A DNA stretch of 32,000 nucleotides from Flavobacteriaceae bacterium (GCA_965224465.1 OZ245049.1:1470001-1502000); one strand, 5' to 3'. Positions 18,251 through 27,167 are shown, counted from the stretch's first letter. Notes: a model not told the origin generated them from the sequence alone. Translations and numbers: made by a program.

Positions 18251-19564
18251 TTAAAACGATGCTTTTTCGTCCCAAGCCTCTAATAAATCTTTGATACGTT
18301 TGATAAACATACCTCCCAAAGCACCATTCACAACACGGTGATCGTAAGAGTGAGATAAGAACATCTTGTGACGGATCCCTATAAAATCACCTTCTGGCGT
18401 TTCTATAACTGCTGGCACTTTACGTACCGCGCCTAATGCCAGAATAGCAACTTGTGGCTGATTGATGATTGGCGTTCCAAAAACAGAACCAAAACCACCA
18501 ACATTTGTAACCGTATACGTACCTCCTTGAATATCGTCTGGGCTTAATTTCCCCGTTCTTGCTTTAGTCGCCAAACTGTTTACTTGTTTGGTCATCCCTA
18601 TCAAATTTAATTGATCTGCGTTTTTAATAACAGGTACAATTAAATTTCCATCAGGCAAGGCAGCAGCCATTCCCAAATTAATAGTTCCTCGTTTTATAAT
18701 TTTATCTCCATCTACAGCAATATTTATCATTGGAAACTCGCGAATCGCTGTAGCCACCGCTTGCATAAATATCGGTGTGTAAGTTATTTTCTGACCTTCT
18801 CTCTTAAAGAATGCGTCTTTAATTCGATTTCTCCAATTCACTATATTTGTAACATCCACTTCTATAAAAGATTGAACATGTGCAGAAGTTTGGACTGATT
18901 GTACCATGTGATGAGAAATCAATTTCCCCATACGTGTCATTTCTATAATCTCGTCTTCCCCATTCAAAGAAACAGGAGCTTGTTCTACTTTGTTTACAGT
19001 TGCTGTAACCGCAGCTTTAAGAGGTACATTCTTCTGTGTCTCAACACTTACTTTTACAGCTGTTTCCTTTCCTTCTTTTACAAAGTCTAATATATCATTT
19101 TTAGTAACTCTACCATTCTTTCCAGTCCCAGAAATCTGCTCTAAAACAGCTACAGAAATACCTTCCTTAGTCGCAATATTTCGTACCAATGGAGAGAAAA
19201 ACTTCCCAGATGGAGAAACTTTTCCTACGCGAACAGAAGCAATTACTTCTTCTACTGATTCTTCAACTACAGTCAACGCTTCACTTGCGTGCGCTACAGA
19301 ATCCGAACCCCCAGCATCTTCACCCTCAACTTCAATAATAGCAATGGTTTCCCCTACTTTTACTACGGCATCCGTGTCAAATAAAATCTCTATCAATGTC
19401 CCCTCTACCTCACTAGGCACTTCAGAATCAACCTTGTCTGTTGCAATCTCAACAATGGCTTCATCCATTTCAATAGAATCACCAACATTTTTTAACCATG
19501 ATGTAATTGTTGCTTCAGCAACACTCTCTCCCATCTTTGGAAGCTTTACTTCAAATTTTGACAT
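18251..19564 (-). CDS. 2-oxoacid dehydrogenase E2 component (dihydrolipoyllysine-residue acyltransferase). Substrate class not determinable by eye.
   Basis: 437 aa. It has one lipoyl domain with EIATDKVDSEV, an E3-binding domain (SPLVRNIATKEGISVAVLEQISGTGKNGRVTKNDI) and a catalytic domain with SYDHRVVNG. No E1 or E3 gene is adjacent in this window. Confidence 0.9.
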   Translation of the reverse strand: MSKFEVKLPKMGESVAEATITSWLKNVGDSIEMDEAIVEIATDKVDSEVPSEVEGTLIEILFDTDAVVKVGETIAIIEVEGEDAGGSDSVAHASEALTVVEESVEEVIASVRVGKVSPSGKFFSPLVRNIATKEGISVAVLEQISGTGKNGRVTKNDILDFVKEGKETAVKVSVETQKNVPLKAAVTATVNKVEQAPVSLNGEDEIIEMTRMGKLISHHMVQSVQTSAHVQSFIEVDVTNIVNWRNRIKDAFFKREGQKITYTPIFMQAVATAIREFPMINIAVDGDKIIKRGTINLGMAAALPDGNLIVPVIKNADQLNLIGMTKQVNSLATKARTGKLSPDDIQGGTYTVTNVGGFGSVFGTPIINQPQVAILALGAVRKVPAVIETPEGDFIGIRHKMFLSHSYDHRVVNGALGGMFIKRIKDLLEAWDEKASF

Positions 19565-19856
19565 TCTTATTTGTTTTTTAGCTGTGTGCGAATTTACAAA
19601 AAGAAATAAAGAAACAATATTATAATACTAGAAATTATAGCTAATTTTAATACGATAAAAACACAAAAAACACAAAACAACTAAATAATTCGTAAAATAG
19701 CGTTTTTTTAAGTCGTTTTTTTGTACTATTCATAATTATCAATATTTAACCACTTTAATCTCTACAAAAAGCACCTCTACTATGGACAGCAGATCTCATA
19801 TCCGTTCCATGGCGAATTCAATTCCTATACCGATGTGATTATAAATACTTCAATCA

Positions 19857-19864
19857 CAAAGATA
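19857..19864 (-). promoter_or_regulatory. Candidate -7 box far upstream of the E2 gene
   Basis: The plus strand reads CAAAGATA, which is TATCTTTG on the minus strand. It is about 293 nt upstream of the E2 ATG (19564). It is the only exact TAnnTTTG I found on that strand between 19565 and 20170. Confidence 0.25.
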
Positions 19865-20034
19865 TCCACAAGTATTACAGAAAAAAAACCTTCCTTATTT
19901 TCATGATTACTTGGAATAAGCATCTCTAAAACTCCACTTTTACTACAGCAACCGCCTTTACAGGATTCAACTAAATTAAGATTACTCATAATTAGCCAAC
20001 ATCCTATAATCCCTTTATAAATACATCTAACATC

Positions 20035-20172
20035 AATTACAATCCAAAATAACCGATATAAATAGTTTATTTTATGTGCTGGCGTTGTTGAAAAACAGAA
20101 CGATAGCTAACCTAGCTAAAACAAAAAATAATTCCATTTCTAAACCGTCACTTGAAAATGTATTTGGTATAA
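20035..20172 (-). repeat. Copy B (138 bp) of the same element, in inverted orientation relative to copy A
   Basis: AATTACAATCCAAAATAACCGATATAAATAGTT (33/33 identical to the reverse complement of A), then GTTGTTGAAAAACAGAAC, then the end ...AATGTATTTGGTATAA. It carries an extra 21 nt (GATAGCTAACCTAGCTAAAAC) containing a TAGCTA..TAGCTA mini-palindrome. Confidence 0.9.
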
Positions 20173-20467
20173 CTATAGGATGTACTATCGGGACTTTGAG
20201 TAGTGAAAAAATAGTTAAAGCATCTTAATTCTCCACGCTAATATTTACAAAAAAAACCAACAAACAAGTTGACAACAATAGTTCCTTTTTATCAAAGTAA
20301 AAATACCACCCTGTATTTTAAAGTCATTTCTATCACAAAAAAAACAGGCATGTAGATTTAATCCCTAATAAATCACCCTTCAACACAGCACAGTTGTAAT
20401 TAGTCTAATAACTTTCAACATCTCCCCTATTTTAAAGACATTTATAGTAAATTAAAAACCTCTAAGA

Positions 20468-23044
20468 ATGAATCAGTTAAAAAACCATTTCCTTTTTTTA
20501 AATCTACTTTTTGTAGTGGGATGTTTTCTCCCTAATTATGCACAGCAAAAAACAGGAAATATTGTACAGTATTTTGGTAAAGAAAAAATCAATAAAATAA
20601 ACGAAGGAAAACTTTTACATGTTTTTAACAAAGGGCTTAGCTTGAAAGTACAAGATTTCACGTTTAAATCATCCGATTTTCCTGTAGCTACCGTCTTTGA
20701 GAAATTTTTAATGAACCCCACATTAAAAGTAAAAGCTGGAACTATTTTTGACATTGACGGAACAGGAAACCCAATGGTCTGGAAAAAAATAAAAACAGAC
20801 AGCACCAACAGTTTTAACAATAAAAACTTACAAAATAGTTATGTATACTTAACATACAGATCTAACAGTAGGAAAACGGTTCTTTTCGAAGCATCTGGAC
20901 ATACATTAGCTATTGTAAACGGACTGCAACACGAAGGAGATCATTACGACTTTGGATATAGCCTTATCCCTATAAAACTGAGAAAAGGGCTGAATACTTT
21001 TGTTTTAAAAATAGGTCGTTTTCCTCGGATTAGAGCACGATTAATAAATCCTTCTCAGGCAGTGCAATTCACACAAAGAGACCTCACAATTCCAGACATT
21101 CTAACCGAAGAAACCAAAGAATACAAAGGAGCTATTCGGGTTGTAAATGCATCCAATAAATGGTTGAAAAAGTACAGCATTACTTCTGAATTACTAGGAA
21201 AAAAAATAACGACACAATCCATAGCAATTGCGCCAATGAGTGTTCTGAAAGTTCCCTTCTCCATCGCTTCAGCTACCCATTCTAAAACACAAACCGCTCC
21301 CTTAAAATTAGTTCTTAAAAGCGGCACTAAAATCATTGCTAAAACAACACTAGACATTCAAATAAAAAGCAAATACAAACATCATAAAAAAACGTTTATA
21401 AGTCATATTGACGGTAGTGTACAATACTATAGTGTTGCACCATCTACCGACAAGACTACAAAAGAACAAGCCTTGTTTTTATCGGTACACGGAGCTTCTG
21501 TAGAAGCCGTAAACCAAGCAAATGCCTACATTCAAAAAGACTGGGGAAATGTTATAGCACCAACCAACCGCCGTCCTTTTGGATTTGCATGGGAAGATTG
21601 GGGACGATTGGATGCTTTAGAGGTATTGGCAGATGCGAAACATATTTTCAAGCCTAAAAAGGATCGAATTTATTTGACAGGTCATTCAATGGGAGGACAT
21701 GGTACTTGGTATTTAGGCGCTACATATCCAGATTATTGGGCAGCTATTGCACCCTGTGCAGGCTACCCAGACTTGATTGGATATAGAGAAGGTTTTCTTA
21801 AAAAAACATTGGAATTACCACAATCAGAATTGAGTAAAAAAGGAATGACACCAGAGATAGTTGCTCGCTTAAAAACACCTTATATCAACACTCCTGTAGA
21901 AGACATCATGCAACGCGCAGGAACGCCTAGTAGAACCTTGAAATTGATCCATAACTATTCACATTTTGGCGTGTACTTATTGCATGGAGAGAAAGACAAT
22001 GTGGTACCTACTTACATTGCTCGAGACATGAGAAATAGGTTAGGCGACTTTCACAACGATTTTGTTTACTACGAATATCCTAATGGAACACACTGGTATG
22101 GAAACCACAGTTTGGACTGGTATTTGATTTTTGATTTCTTTAAAACGCACAGTATTAGAGATTCTAAAACAATTGACAACTTAACTTTTGCTACGGGATC
22201 TCCAGGCGTATCTGCGCATTCTAATTTTATAACACTACATCAGCAAATCAAGCCTTTTGAGATAAGTTCTTTTGATTTCTCGAAAGATAACGGTATTGAA
22301 ATTACCACTAAAAATGTAGCAACCATTCAAATTGACTTGGATCAAATAGGCAGTGACATCGAGCATATTTCACTGAATGGTACTTCTTTAAATGTAACAG
22401 GAAAAAACACTATTTACGCAAAAAAAATCAAGGACACTTGGAAGTTGACAAATGCACCATCACTAAAAGAAAAAGGACCACACCGCAACGGAGGGTTCAA
22501 AGATGCGTTTAGAAACAACGTAGTATTTGTATATGCGAGTAAAGGAAGTGTTGCAGAAAACGAATGGTATTACAACCGTGCTAGATTTGATGCTGAAACA
22601 TTTTGGTACCGTGCCAATGGTCACATTGAAGTTATTAAAGACACCAATTTTAAACCTAAAAATTACACAGATCGCAATGTAATCATATATGGAAACAAAA
22701 GTAACAATGCTGCTTGGAACAAATTATTAAAAGACAGTCCTATTCAAGTAAGCGATAATCAAATAGATTTTGGAGGTAAAAAAATAAATGGAAGCCAATG
22801 GGGAATGTATTTTATAGTCCCAAAACAAGATAGTGACATTGCCTGTGTTGGCGTTGTTACAGCCACAGGAAAAGCAGGAATGAAAGCAGCTTATGCCAAT
22901 CATTATCTGGTAAACGGAACTACGTTCCCAGATGTACTCTTGTTTGACAGCGAAGTCTTAACTAACGGAACACGCGCTGTAAAATGTGCAGGGTTCTTTG
23001 GAAACGACTGGTCTATTGAAACTGGAGAATTTCAGTGGAAGTAA
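20468..23044 (+). CDS. Secreted multidomain alpha/beta-hydrolase (esterase D / CE1 / S9-like nucleophile elbow)
   Basis: 858 aa with signal peptide MNQLKNHFLFLNLLFVVGCFLPNYAQQ. The central hydrolase core carries GHSMGGHG (Ser), LLHGEKDNVV (Asp) and PNGTHWYG (His). About 330 aa N-terminal and about 300 aa C-terminal to the core have no motif I recognise. Confidence 0.7.
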   Translation: MNQLKNHFLFLNLLFVVGCFLPNYAQQKTGNIVQYFGKEKINKINEGKLLHVFNKGLSLKVQDFTFKSSDFPVATVFEKFLMNPTLKVKAGTIFDIDGTGNPMVWKKIKTDSTNSFNNKNLQNSYVYLTYRSNSRKTVLFEASGHTLAIVNGLQHEGDHYDFGYSLIPIKLRKGLNTFVLKIGRFPRIRARLINPSQAVQFTQRDLTIPDILTEETKEYKGAIRVVNASNKWLKKYSITSELLGKKITTQSIAIAPMSVLKVPFSIASATHSKTQTAPLKLVLKSGTKIIAKTTLDIQIKSKYKHHKKTFISHIDGSVQYYSVAPSTDKTTKEQALFLSVHGASVEAVNQANAYIQKDWGNVIAPTNRRPFGFAWEDWGRLDALEVLADAKHIFKPKKDRIYLTGHSMGGHGTWYLGATYPDYWAAIAPCAGYPDLIGYREGFLKKTLELPQSELSKKGMTPEIVARLKTPYINTPVEDIMQRAGTPSRTLKLIHNYSHFGVYLLHGEKDNVVPTYIARDMRNRLGDFHNDFVYYEYPNGTHWYGNHSLDWYLIFDFFKTHSIRDSKTIDNLTFATGSPGVSAHSNFITLHQQIKPFEISSFDFSKDNGIEITTKNVATIQIDLDQIGSDIEHISLNGTSLNVTGKNTIYAKKIKDTWKLTNAPSLKEKGPHRNGGFKDAFRNNVVFVYASKGSVAENEWYYNRARFDAETFWYRANGHIEVIKDTNFKPKNYTDRNVIIYGNKSNNAAWNKLLKDSPIQVSDNQIDFGGKKINGSQWGMYFIVPKQDSDIACVGVVTATGKAGMKAAYANHYLVNGTTFPDVLLFDSEVLTNGTRAVKCAGFFGNDWSIETGEFQWK

Positions 23045-23049
23045 ATTCG

Positions 23050-23068
23050 CAATCCCAAATTCATAATT
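23050..23068 (-). repeat. Motif copy 3 (reverse strand): AATTATGAATTTGGGATTG
   Basis: 16 of 19 positions match GATTACGAATTTGGAATTG. Like copies 1 and 2, it sits between a stop codon and an intrinsic terminator. Confidence 0.5.
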
Positions 23069-23082
23069 AAAAATTTATAATT

Positions 23083-23113
23083 AAAAAAAGCCGAGCAATT
23101 GCTCGGCTTTTTT
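23083..23113. terminator. Bidirectional rho-independent terminator between the 858-aa hydrolase gene (+) and hemN (-)
   Basis: AAAAAAAGCCGAGC, loop AATT, then GCTCGGCTTTTTT. The 7-bp GC-rich core stem (23090-23096 / 23101-23107) is flanked by an A-run and a T-run. Confidence 0.85.
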
Positions 23114-23148
23114 AATAATTCCTTAATACATCCTTGGCAATTGGTTTC

Positions 23149-24516
23149 TTAAATTGTCATAGAAAAAATCCGTGTATTTGGTCTGTTTTCAATCAATCTT
23201 AAATCAAAAGCCATACAAATATTTCTCACAAACATACGCCCTTCTTCTTTTACTACAATTTTAGAGTCGTGGATGGTTAATATCCCATCGCTTTCCATTT
23301 CACGCAAGCGTTCTTTAATCGCATCTATTTCATCCAATTGCAACGATGGATCTTCCCAAGAAGTTTCCAATTGACACATTAAATTTAAGATATGCTTGCG
23401 CACTATTAGATCTTTTTTACTTAATAAATGCCCTCTATACACAGGTATTTCACCTTGATTTACCACACGTTGATAATCCCCTAAATTCTTTTCGTTCTGT
23501 GCAAAACTATACCAAGAATCACTAATGGAGGACATTCCTAAGCCTATCATCAATTCCGTTTTACTAGCTGTATAGCCCATAAAATTACGATGCAGTTTTT
23601 TTGAAGCAACTGCTTTAAACAGACTATCGGTAGGTAGGGCAAAATGATCCATCCCTATTTCTACATAACCAGCATCAAAAAATAGTTGTTTTCCTAATTC
23701 ATATAAATGGCGTTTCACAGCATCTTTAGGCAAATCGTTATCATCAAATCCACGCTGTCCTACCCCTTTTACCCACGGCACGTGTGCATAACTATAATAG
23801 GCAATACGATCTGGTTTTAATTCAATCGTTTTACGAATGGTATTTCTGATACTATCTTCGGTTTGAAATGGCAATCCAAAAATTAAATCATGACTAATAG
23901 AATCATAGCCAATTTCTCGAGTCCAAGTATCAATTTTACGAACTTGCTCAAAGGTTTGTATTCTATGAATTGCTTTTTGAACCGTCGGATCATAATCTTG
24001 AATTCCAAAACTAGTCCGTGTAAAGCCCAGGTCAAACAATGTTTGTAATTGATCTTTGGTGGTTAAATTTGGATGCGCTTCAAAACTAAATTGCGTTTCC
24101 TTAAATTTATCAGCTCTCACAAAAATCCCTTCAATTAATTTCCTCAAGTTAGCTGAAGAAAAATAGGTTGGAGTTCCTCCTCCCAAATGTATTTCTCTAA
24201 TTTTAGGTCGTTCGCCCAATAAGTCACAATACAAATCCCATTCTTTTAAAACCGTATTGATATACGGCTCTTCCACAGCATCATGACGCTTCGTGATTTT
24301 TTTATGACAGGCACAAAAAGTACACAAACTCTCACAAAAAGGCAAGTGTACATATACACTAATCCCCTCTTTATCATTACTTTCTTTAAAAGCACGAATT
24401 GTAGTTTCTTTCCAATCGGCTAAATCAATTCCTTCCTTATCCCAAAAAGGAACCGTTGGATAACTGGTGTATCTAGGACCTGGAATATTATATTTTTGTA
24501 CTAATTGTGTATCCAT
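23149..24516 (-). CDS. hemN: Oxygen-independent coproporphyrinogen III oxidase (radical SAM)
   Basis: KYNIPGPRYTSYPT, the radical-SAM motif CESLCTFCAC, and GGGTPT. The track start at 24567 is TTG. The ATG at 24516..24514 (MDTQLVQKYNIPGPRY) gives the canonical N-terminus. Confidence 0.9.
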   Translation of the reverse strand: MDTQLVQKYNIPGPRYTSYPTVPFWDKEGIDLADWKETTIRAFKESNDKEGISVYVHLPFCESLCTFCACHKKITKRHDAVEEPYINTVLKEWDLYCDLLGERPKIREIHLGGGTPTYFSSANLRKLIEGIFVRADKFKETQFSFEAHPNLTTKDQLQTLFDLGFTRTSFGIQDYDPTVQKAIHRIQTFEQVRKIDTWTREIGYDSISHDLIFGLPFQTEDSIRNTIRKTIELKPDRIAYYSYAHVPWVKGVGQRGFDDNDLPKDAVKRHLYELGKQLFFDAGYVEIGMDHFALPTDSLFKAVASKKLHRNFMGYTASKTELMIGLGMSSISDSWYSFAQNEKNLGDYQRVVNQGEIPVYRGHLLSKKDLIVRKHILNLMCQLETSWEDPSLQLDEIDAIKERLREMESDGILTIHDSKIVVKEEGRMFVRNICMAFDLRLIENRPNTRIFSMTI

Positions 24517-24521
24517 GTTAA

Positions 24522-24538
24522 AATGGTTATTGGTTGAT
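24522..24538. repeat. 17-bp direct repeat, copy 1 (AATGGTTATTGGTTGAT)
   Basis: Identical to 24584-24600. It ends 5 nt from the hemN ATG. Confidence 0.85.
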
Positions 24539-24583
24539 TGTTTATTGATACTGAATTTTACTAGCAAGTCAAAACAAGCAACT

Positions 24584-24600
24584 AATGGTTATTGGTTGAT
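24584..24600. repeat. 17-bp direct repeat, copy 2 (AATGGTTATTGGTTGAT)
   Basis: Identical to 24522-24538, 62 nt away, within the hemE-hemN spacer. Confidence 0.85.
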
Positions 24601-24625
24601 CGTATTGCCCCATAGCAACTAACAA

Positions 24626-25654
24626 CTACTTTTGTTCATATTCCTTTACGGCATCAATAAATGCTTTGGCATTGTCTAATGGAATGTTTGGTAAAATACC
24701 ATGTCCCAAGTTTACAATGTATTTATCTTTTCCAAAAGCGTCAATCATTTCGGTTACCTTCGTTTTAATAACAGCTGGTGGTGAAAACAAACGTGTTGGA
24801 TCAAAATTCCCTTGTAGGGTGATGCTATTGTTTGTAAATAAACGTGCTTTTTCTGGAGTAATAGTCCAGTCTACACCTAATGCAGATACACCAGAAGTAC
24901 TCATTTCTTCTAGAGCAAACCAACATCCTTTTCCAAAGGCAATTACAGGAGCATCCTCTTTTAAAGCATCAATAATTTGTTGGATGTATTTCCAAGAAAA
25001 CTCTTGATAATCAACGGGAGATAACATGCCTCCCCAAGAATCAAAAATCTGAACGGCATCTACACCACATGCCACTTTACGCTTTAAATACGCAATGGTA
25101 GTATCGGTAATTTTCTGCAATAACGTATGTGCTGCTACAGGCTGTGTAAAACAAAATTCTTTTGCCATATCAAAGGTTTTAGATCCTTGTCCTTGAATAC
25201 AATAACATAAAATTGTCCATGGAGAACCCGCAAAACCAATCAATGGAATCTCATCGTTCAACATTTCTTTTGTCAATTTTATAGCATCCAACACATAGCC
25301 TAAAGTTTCATCTATGTTAGGAACAATTACTTGCTCCACATCCTTCATGTTTCTGATAGGATTTGGCAGCCAAGGTCCCAGTCCTGGTTTCATTTCTACG
25401 TGAATATTCATCGCTTGAGGAACAACTAAAATATCAGAGAATAAAATAGCAGCATCCATCCCATATCTACGGATTGGTTGTACCGTAATTTCCGAAGCTA
25501 ACTCGGGCGTTTGACAACGTGTAAAGAAATCGTATTTATCCTTTAGTTTCATAAACTCAGGTAAATAACGTCCCGCTTGACGCATCATCCATACAGGTGG
25601 TCTATCAACCGTCTCTCCTTTTAATGCTCTTAAATATAAATCGTTTTTAATCAT
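24626..25654 (-). CDS. hemE: Uroporphyrinogen decarboxylase
   Basis: 342 aa with the signature [16 protein letters not shown], plus ILFSDIL and GFAGSPWT. Confidence 0.95.
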   Translation of the reverse strand: MIKNDLYLRALKGETVDRPPVWMMRQAGRYLPEFMKLKDKYDFFTRCQTPELASEITVQPIRRYGMDAAILFSDILVVPQAMNIHVEMKPGLGPWLPNPIRNMKDVEQVIVPNIDETLGYVLDAIKLTKEMLNDEIPLIGFAGSPWTILCYCIQGQGSKTFDMAKEFCFTQPVAAHTLLQKITDTTIAYLKRKVACGVDAVQIFDSWGGMLSPVDYQEFSWKYIQQIIDALKEDAPVIAFGKGCWFALEEMSTSGVSALGVDWTITPEKARLFTNNSITLQGNFDPTRLFSPPAVIKTKVTEMIDAFGKDKYIVNLGHGILPNIPLDNAKAFIDAVKEYEQK

Positions 25655-25719
25655 GTCCTAAGTTGTAAGTTATTCCCATTTGTTTTTTTTGGAAATGACG
25701 ATTGTTTTTTGTTCTAAAA

Positions 25720-27021
25720 TTAAGCTTCTTTTTCAGCAACAGCTTTCATGGCTATTTTGATTGCTTTTCCTATTTTTTTTAAATCTTTCTTAGTCAATGA
25801 TGTAGATAAGAACCAAGATTCGAATTGTGATGGAGGTAAAAACACGCCATTTTTGGTCATCTCCCAAAAGAACACAGCAAACTTTTCAGTATCACTTGTT
25901 TGTGCTGTTTTAAAATCTACCACCGCCTCTTTTGTAAAGAATGGGTTAAACATAGACCCAAATCTATTTACCTGAAGGTCAATCTTATTTTCTTTGGCTG
26001 CATCTAATAACATCCCTTCAATTTTAGCTCCTACAGCTTCAAATTTCACATAAGGATTTTGTTTTTTCAATTCCTTTAACGTTGCCATTCCACATGCCAT
26101 TGCAATAGGGTTTCCAGATAAAGTTCCTGCTTGATACATATCACCCAAGGGCGATACACATTCCATAATTTCGTTACGAGCTCCGTAAGCTCCTACAGGA
26201 AATCCACCACCTATTATTTTTCCTAAACAAGTGATATCCGCTTCAAAACCTAAGACTTCTTGTGCCCCACCATATTTAGAACGAAAGCCTGTCATTACTT
26301 CATCAGCAATAAGCAACACTCCTGCTGCTTTTGTCAAATCTCTCAATTCCTTAATAAAGTCATCTGAAGGTTGAATTACGCCCATATTCCCAGCAATAGG
26401 TTCAATTATAACCGCTGCAATATCATTGTTATCCGCCAAGTGTTTTTCTACAGAATCTATATTATTAAATTCAGCAATCAATGTATTTTCTACTGCTTGA
26501 GCAGGTACTCCTGCACTACCAGGTAAACTTAATGTAGCCAATCCAGAACCAGCAGCAACCAACAAAGCATCTGCATGCCCGTGGTAACACCCTGCAAATT
26601 TGATGATTTTATCGTGCCCTGTAAAAGCTCTTGCCAAACGAATGGCACTAAAAACGGCTTCTGTTCCAGAGTTTACAAAACGTACTTTATCCATTCCTAG
26701 AAAAGCATCACATACCATTTTTGCCATTTTAATTTCACCTTTGGTCGTCGCTCCAAAAGTATAACCTTTTGCCATCGCCTTATCAACGGCTTTTTGTACT
26801 TTTTTATGACGATGCCCTATAATAGTAGGTCCATAAGACAACACTAAATCTACATAATTATTTCCATCTACATCCGTAATAGTACTTCCTTTTGCTTTCT
26901 CTATAAATAGAGGATTCCCTCCCACAGAGGTATAAGCACGTACTGGAGAATTTACAGCCCCTACAAGATGTACAAGACCTTGCTTGTATAATTTTTGTGA
27001 TTTTTTAAAACTCTTACTCAT
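25720..27021 (-). CDS. hemL: Glutamate-1-semialdehyde 2,1-aminomutase
   Basis: 433 aa. GAVNSPVRA, NSGTEA and IADEVMTGFR indicate a class-III aminotransferase fold. Confidence 0.95.
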   Translation of the reverse strand: MSKSFKKSQKLYKQGLVHLVGAVNSPVRAYTSVGGNPLFIEKAKGSTITDVDGNNYVDLVLSYGPTIIGHRHKKVQKAVDKAMAKGYTFGATTKGEIKMAKMVCDAFLGMDKVRFVNSGTEAVFSAIRLARAFTGHDKIIKFAGCYHGHADALLVAAGSGLATLSLPGSAGVPAQAVENTLIAEFNNIDSVEKHLADNNDIAAVIIEPIAGNMGVIQPSDDFIKELRDLTKAAGVLLIADEVMTGFRSKYGGAQEVLGFEADITCLGKIIGGGFPVGAYGARNEIMECVSPLGDMYQAGTLSGNPIAMACGMATLKELKKQNPYVKFEAVGAKIEGMLLDAAKENKIDLQVNRFGSMFNPFFTKEAVVDFKTAQTSDTEKFAVFFWEMTKNGVFLPPSQFESWFLSTSLTKKDLKKIGKAIKIAMKAVAEKEA

Positions 27022-27083
27022 TCGTTCTCTATTTTTAATTGTTCACTGAAAGTACCTTTTTAAGCATCCTATTGTTAAGTAAT

Positions 27084-27091
27084 CAAAACTA
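27084..27091 (-). promoter_or_regulatory. Candidate internal -7 box in the hemB-hemL spacer
   Basis: The plus strand reads CAAAACTA, which is TAGTTTTG on the minus strand. It is 63 nt upstream of the hemL ATG, within a 146-nt gap. Confidence 0.35.
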
Positions 27092-27167
27092 CTAACAATT
27101 CAGAAACAAGGTCAAAAATGAAATTTATTGCGATCTTTCTTCGTTTATTCTAAACAGCCACCGCCAA

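Noticed and set aside
18990-19625. 211-aa plus-strand ORF, with the shorter 18899-19090 ORF, antisense to the E2 gene
   Set aside because: It lies almost entirely inside the well-supported E2 CDS. It is a low-complexity Ser/Thr-rich translation with no motifs. Long antisense frames of this kind are common opposite genuine genes.
19825-19989. 54-codon minus-strand ORF with a Cys-rich N-terminus (MSNLNLVESCKGGCCSKSGVLEM...), considered as a small peptide or RiPP-like precursor
   Set aside because: There is no -7 box upstream. The ORF reads straight through the T8 run and the candidate E2 promoter. No modification or transport genes are nearby. An ORF of this length is expected by chance in 900 bp.
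19565-20467. Replication origin (oriC) hypothesis for the long AT-rich divergent spacer
   Set aside because: There is only one near-consensus DnaA box (ATATCCACA at 19862-19870, 8 of 9). Two further sites have 2 mismatches (TTAACCACT, TTCTCCACG). Gene orientation does not switch persistently here, since the minus strand dominates again from 23149. No dnaA or dnaN lies nearby. The evidence is insufficient.
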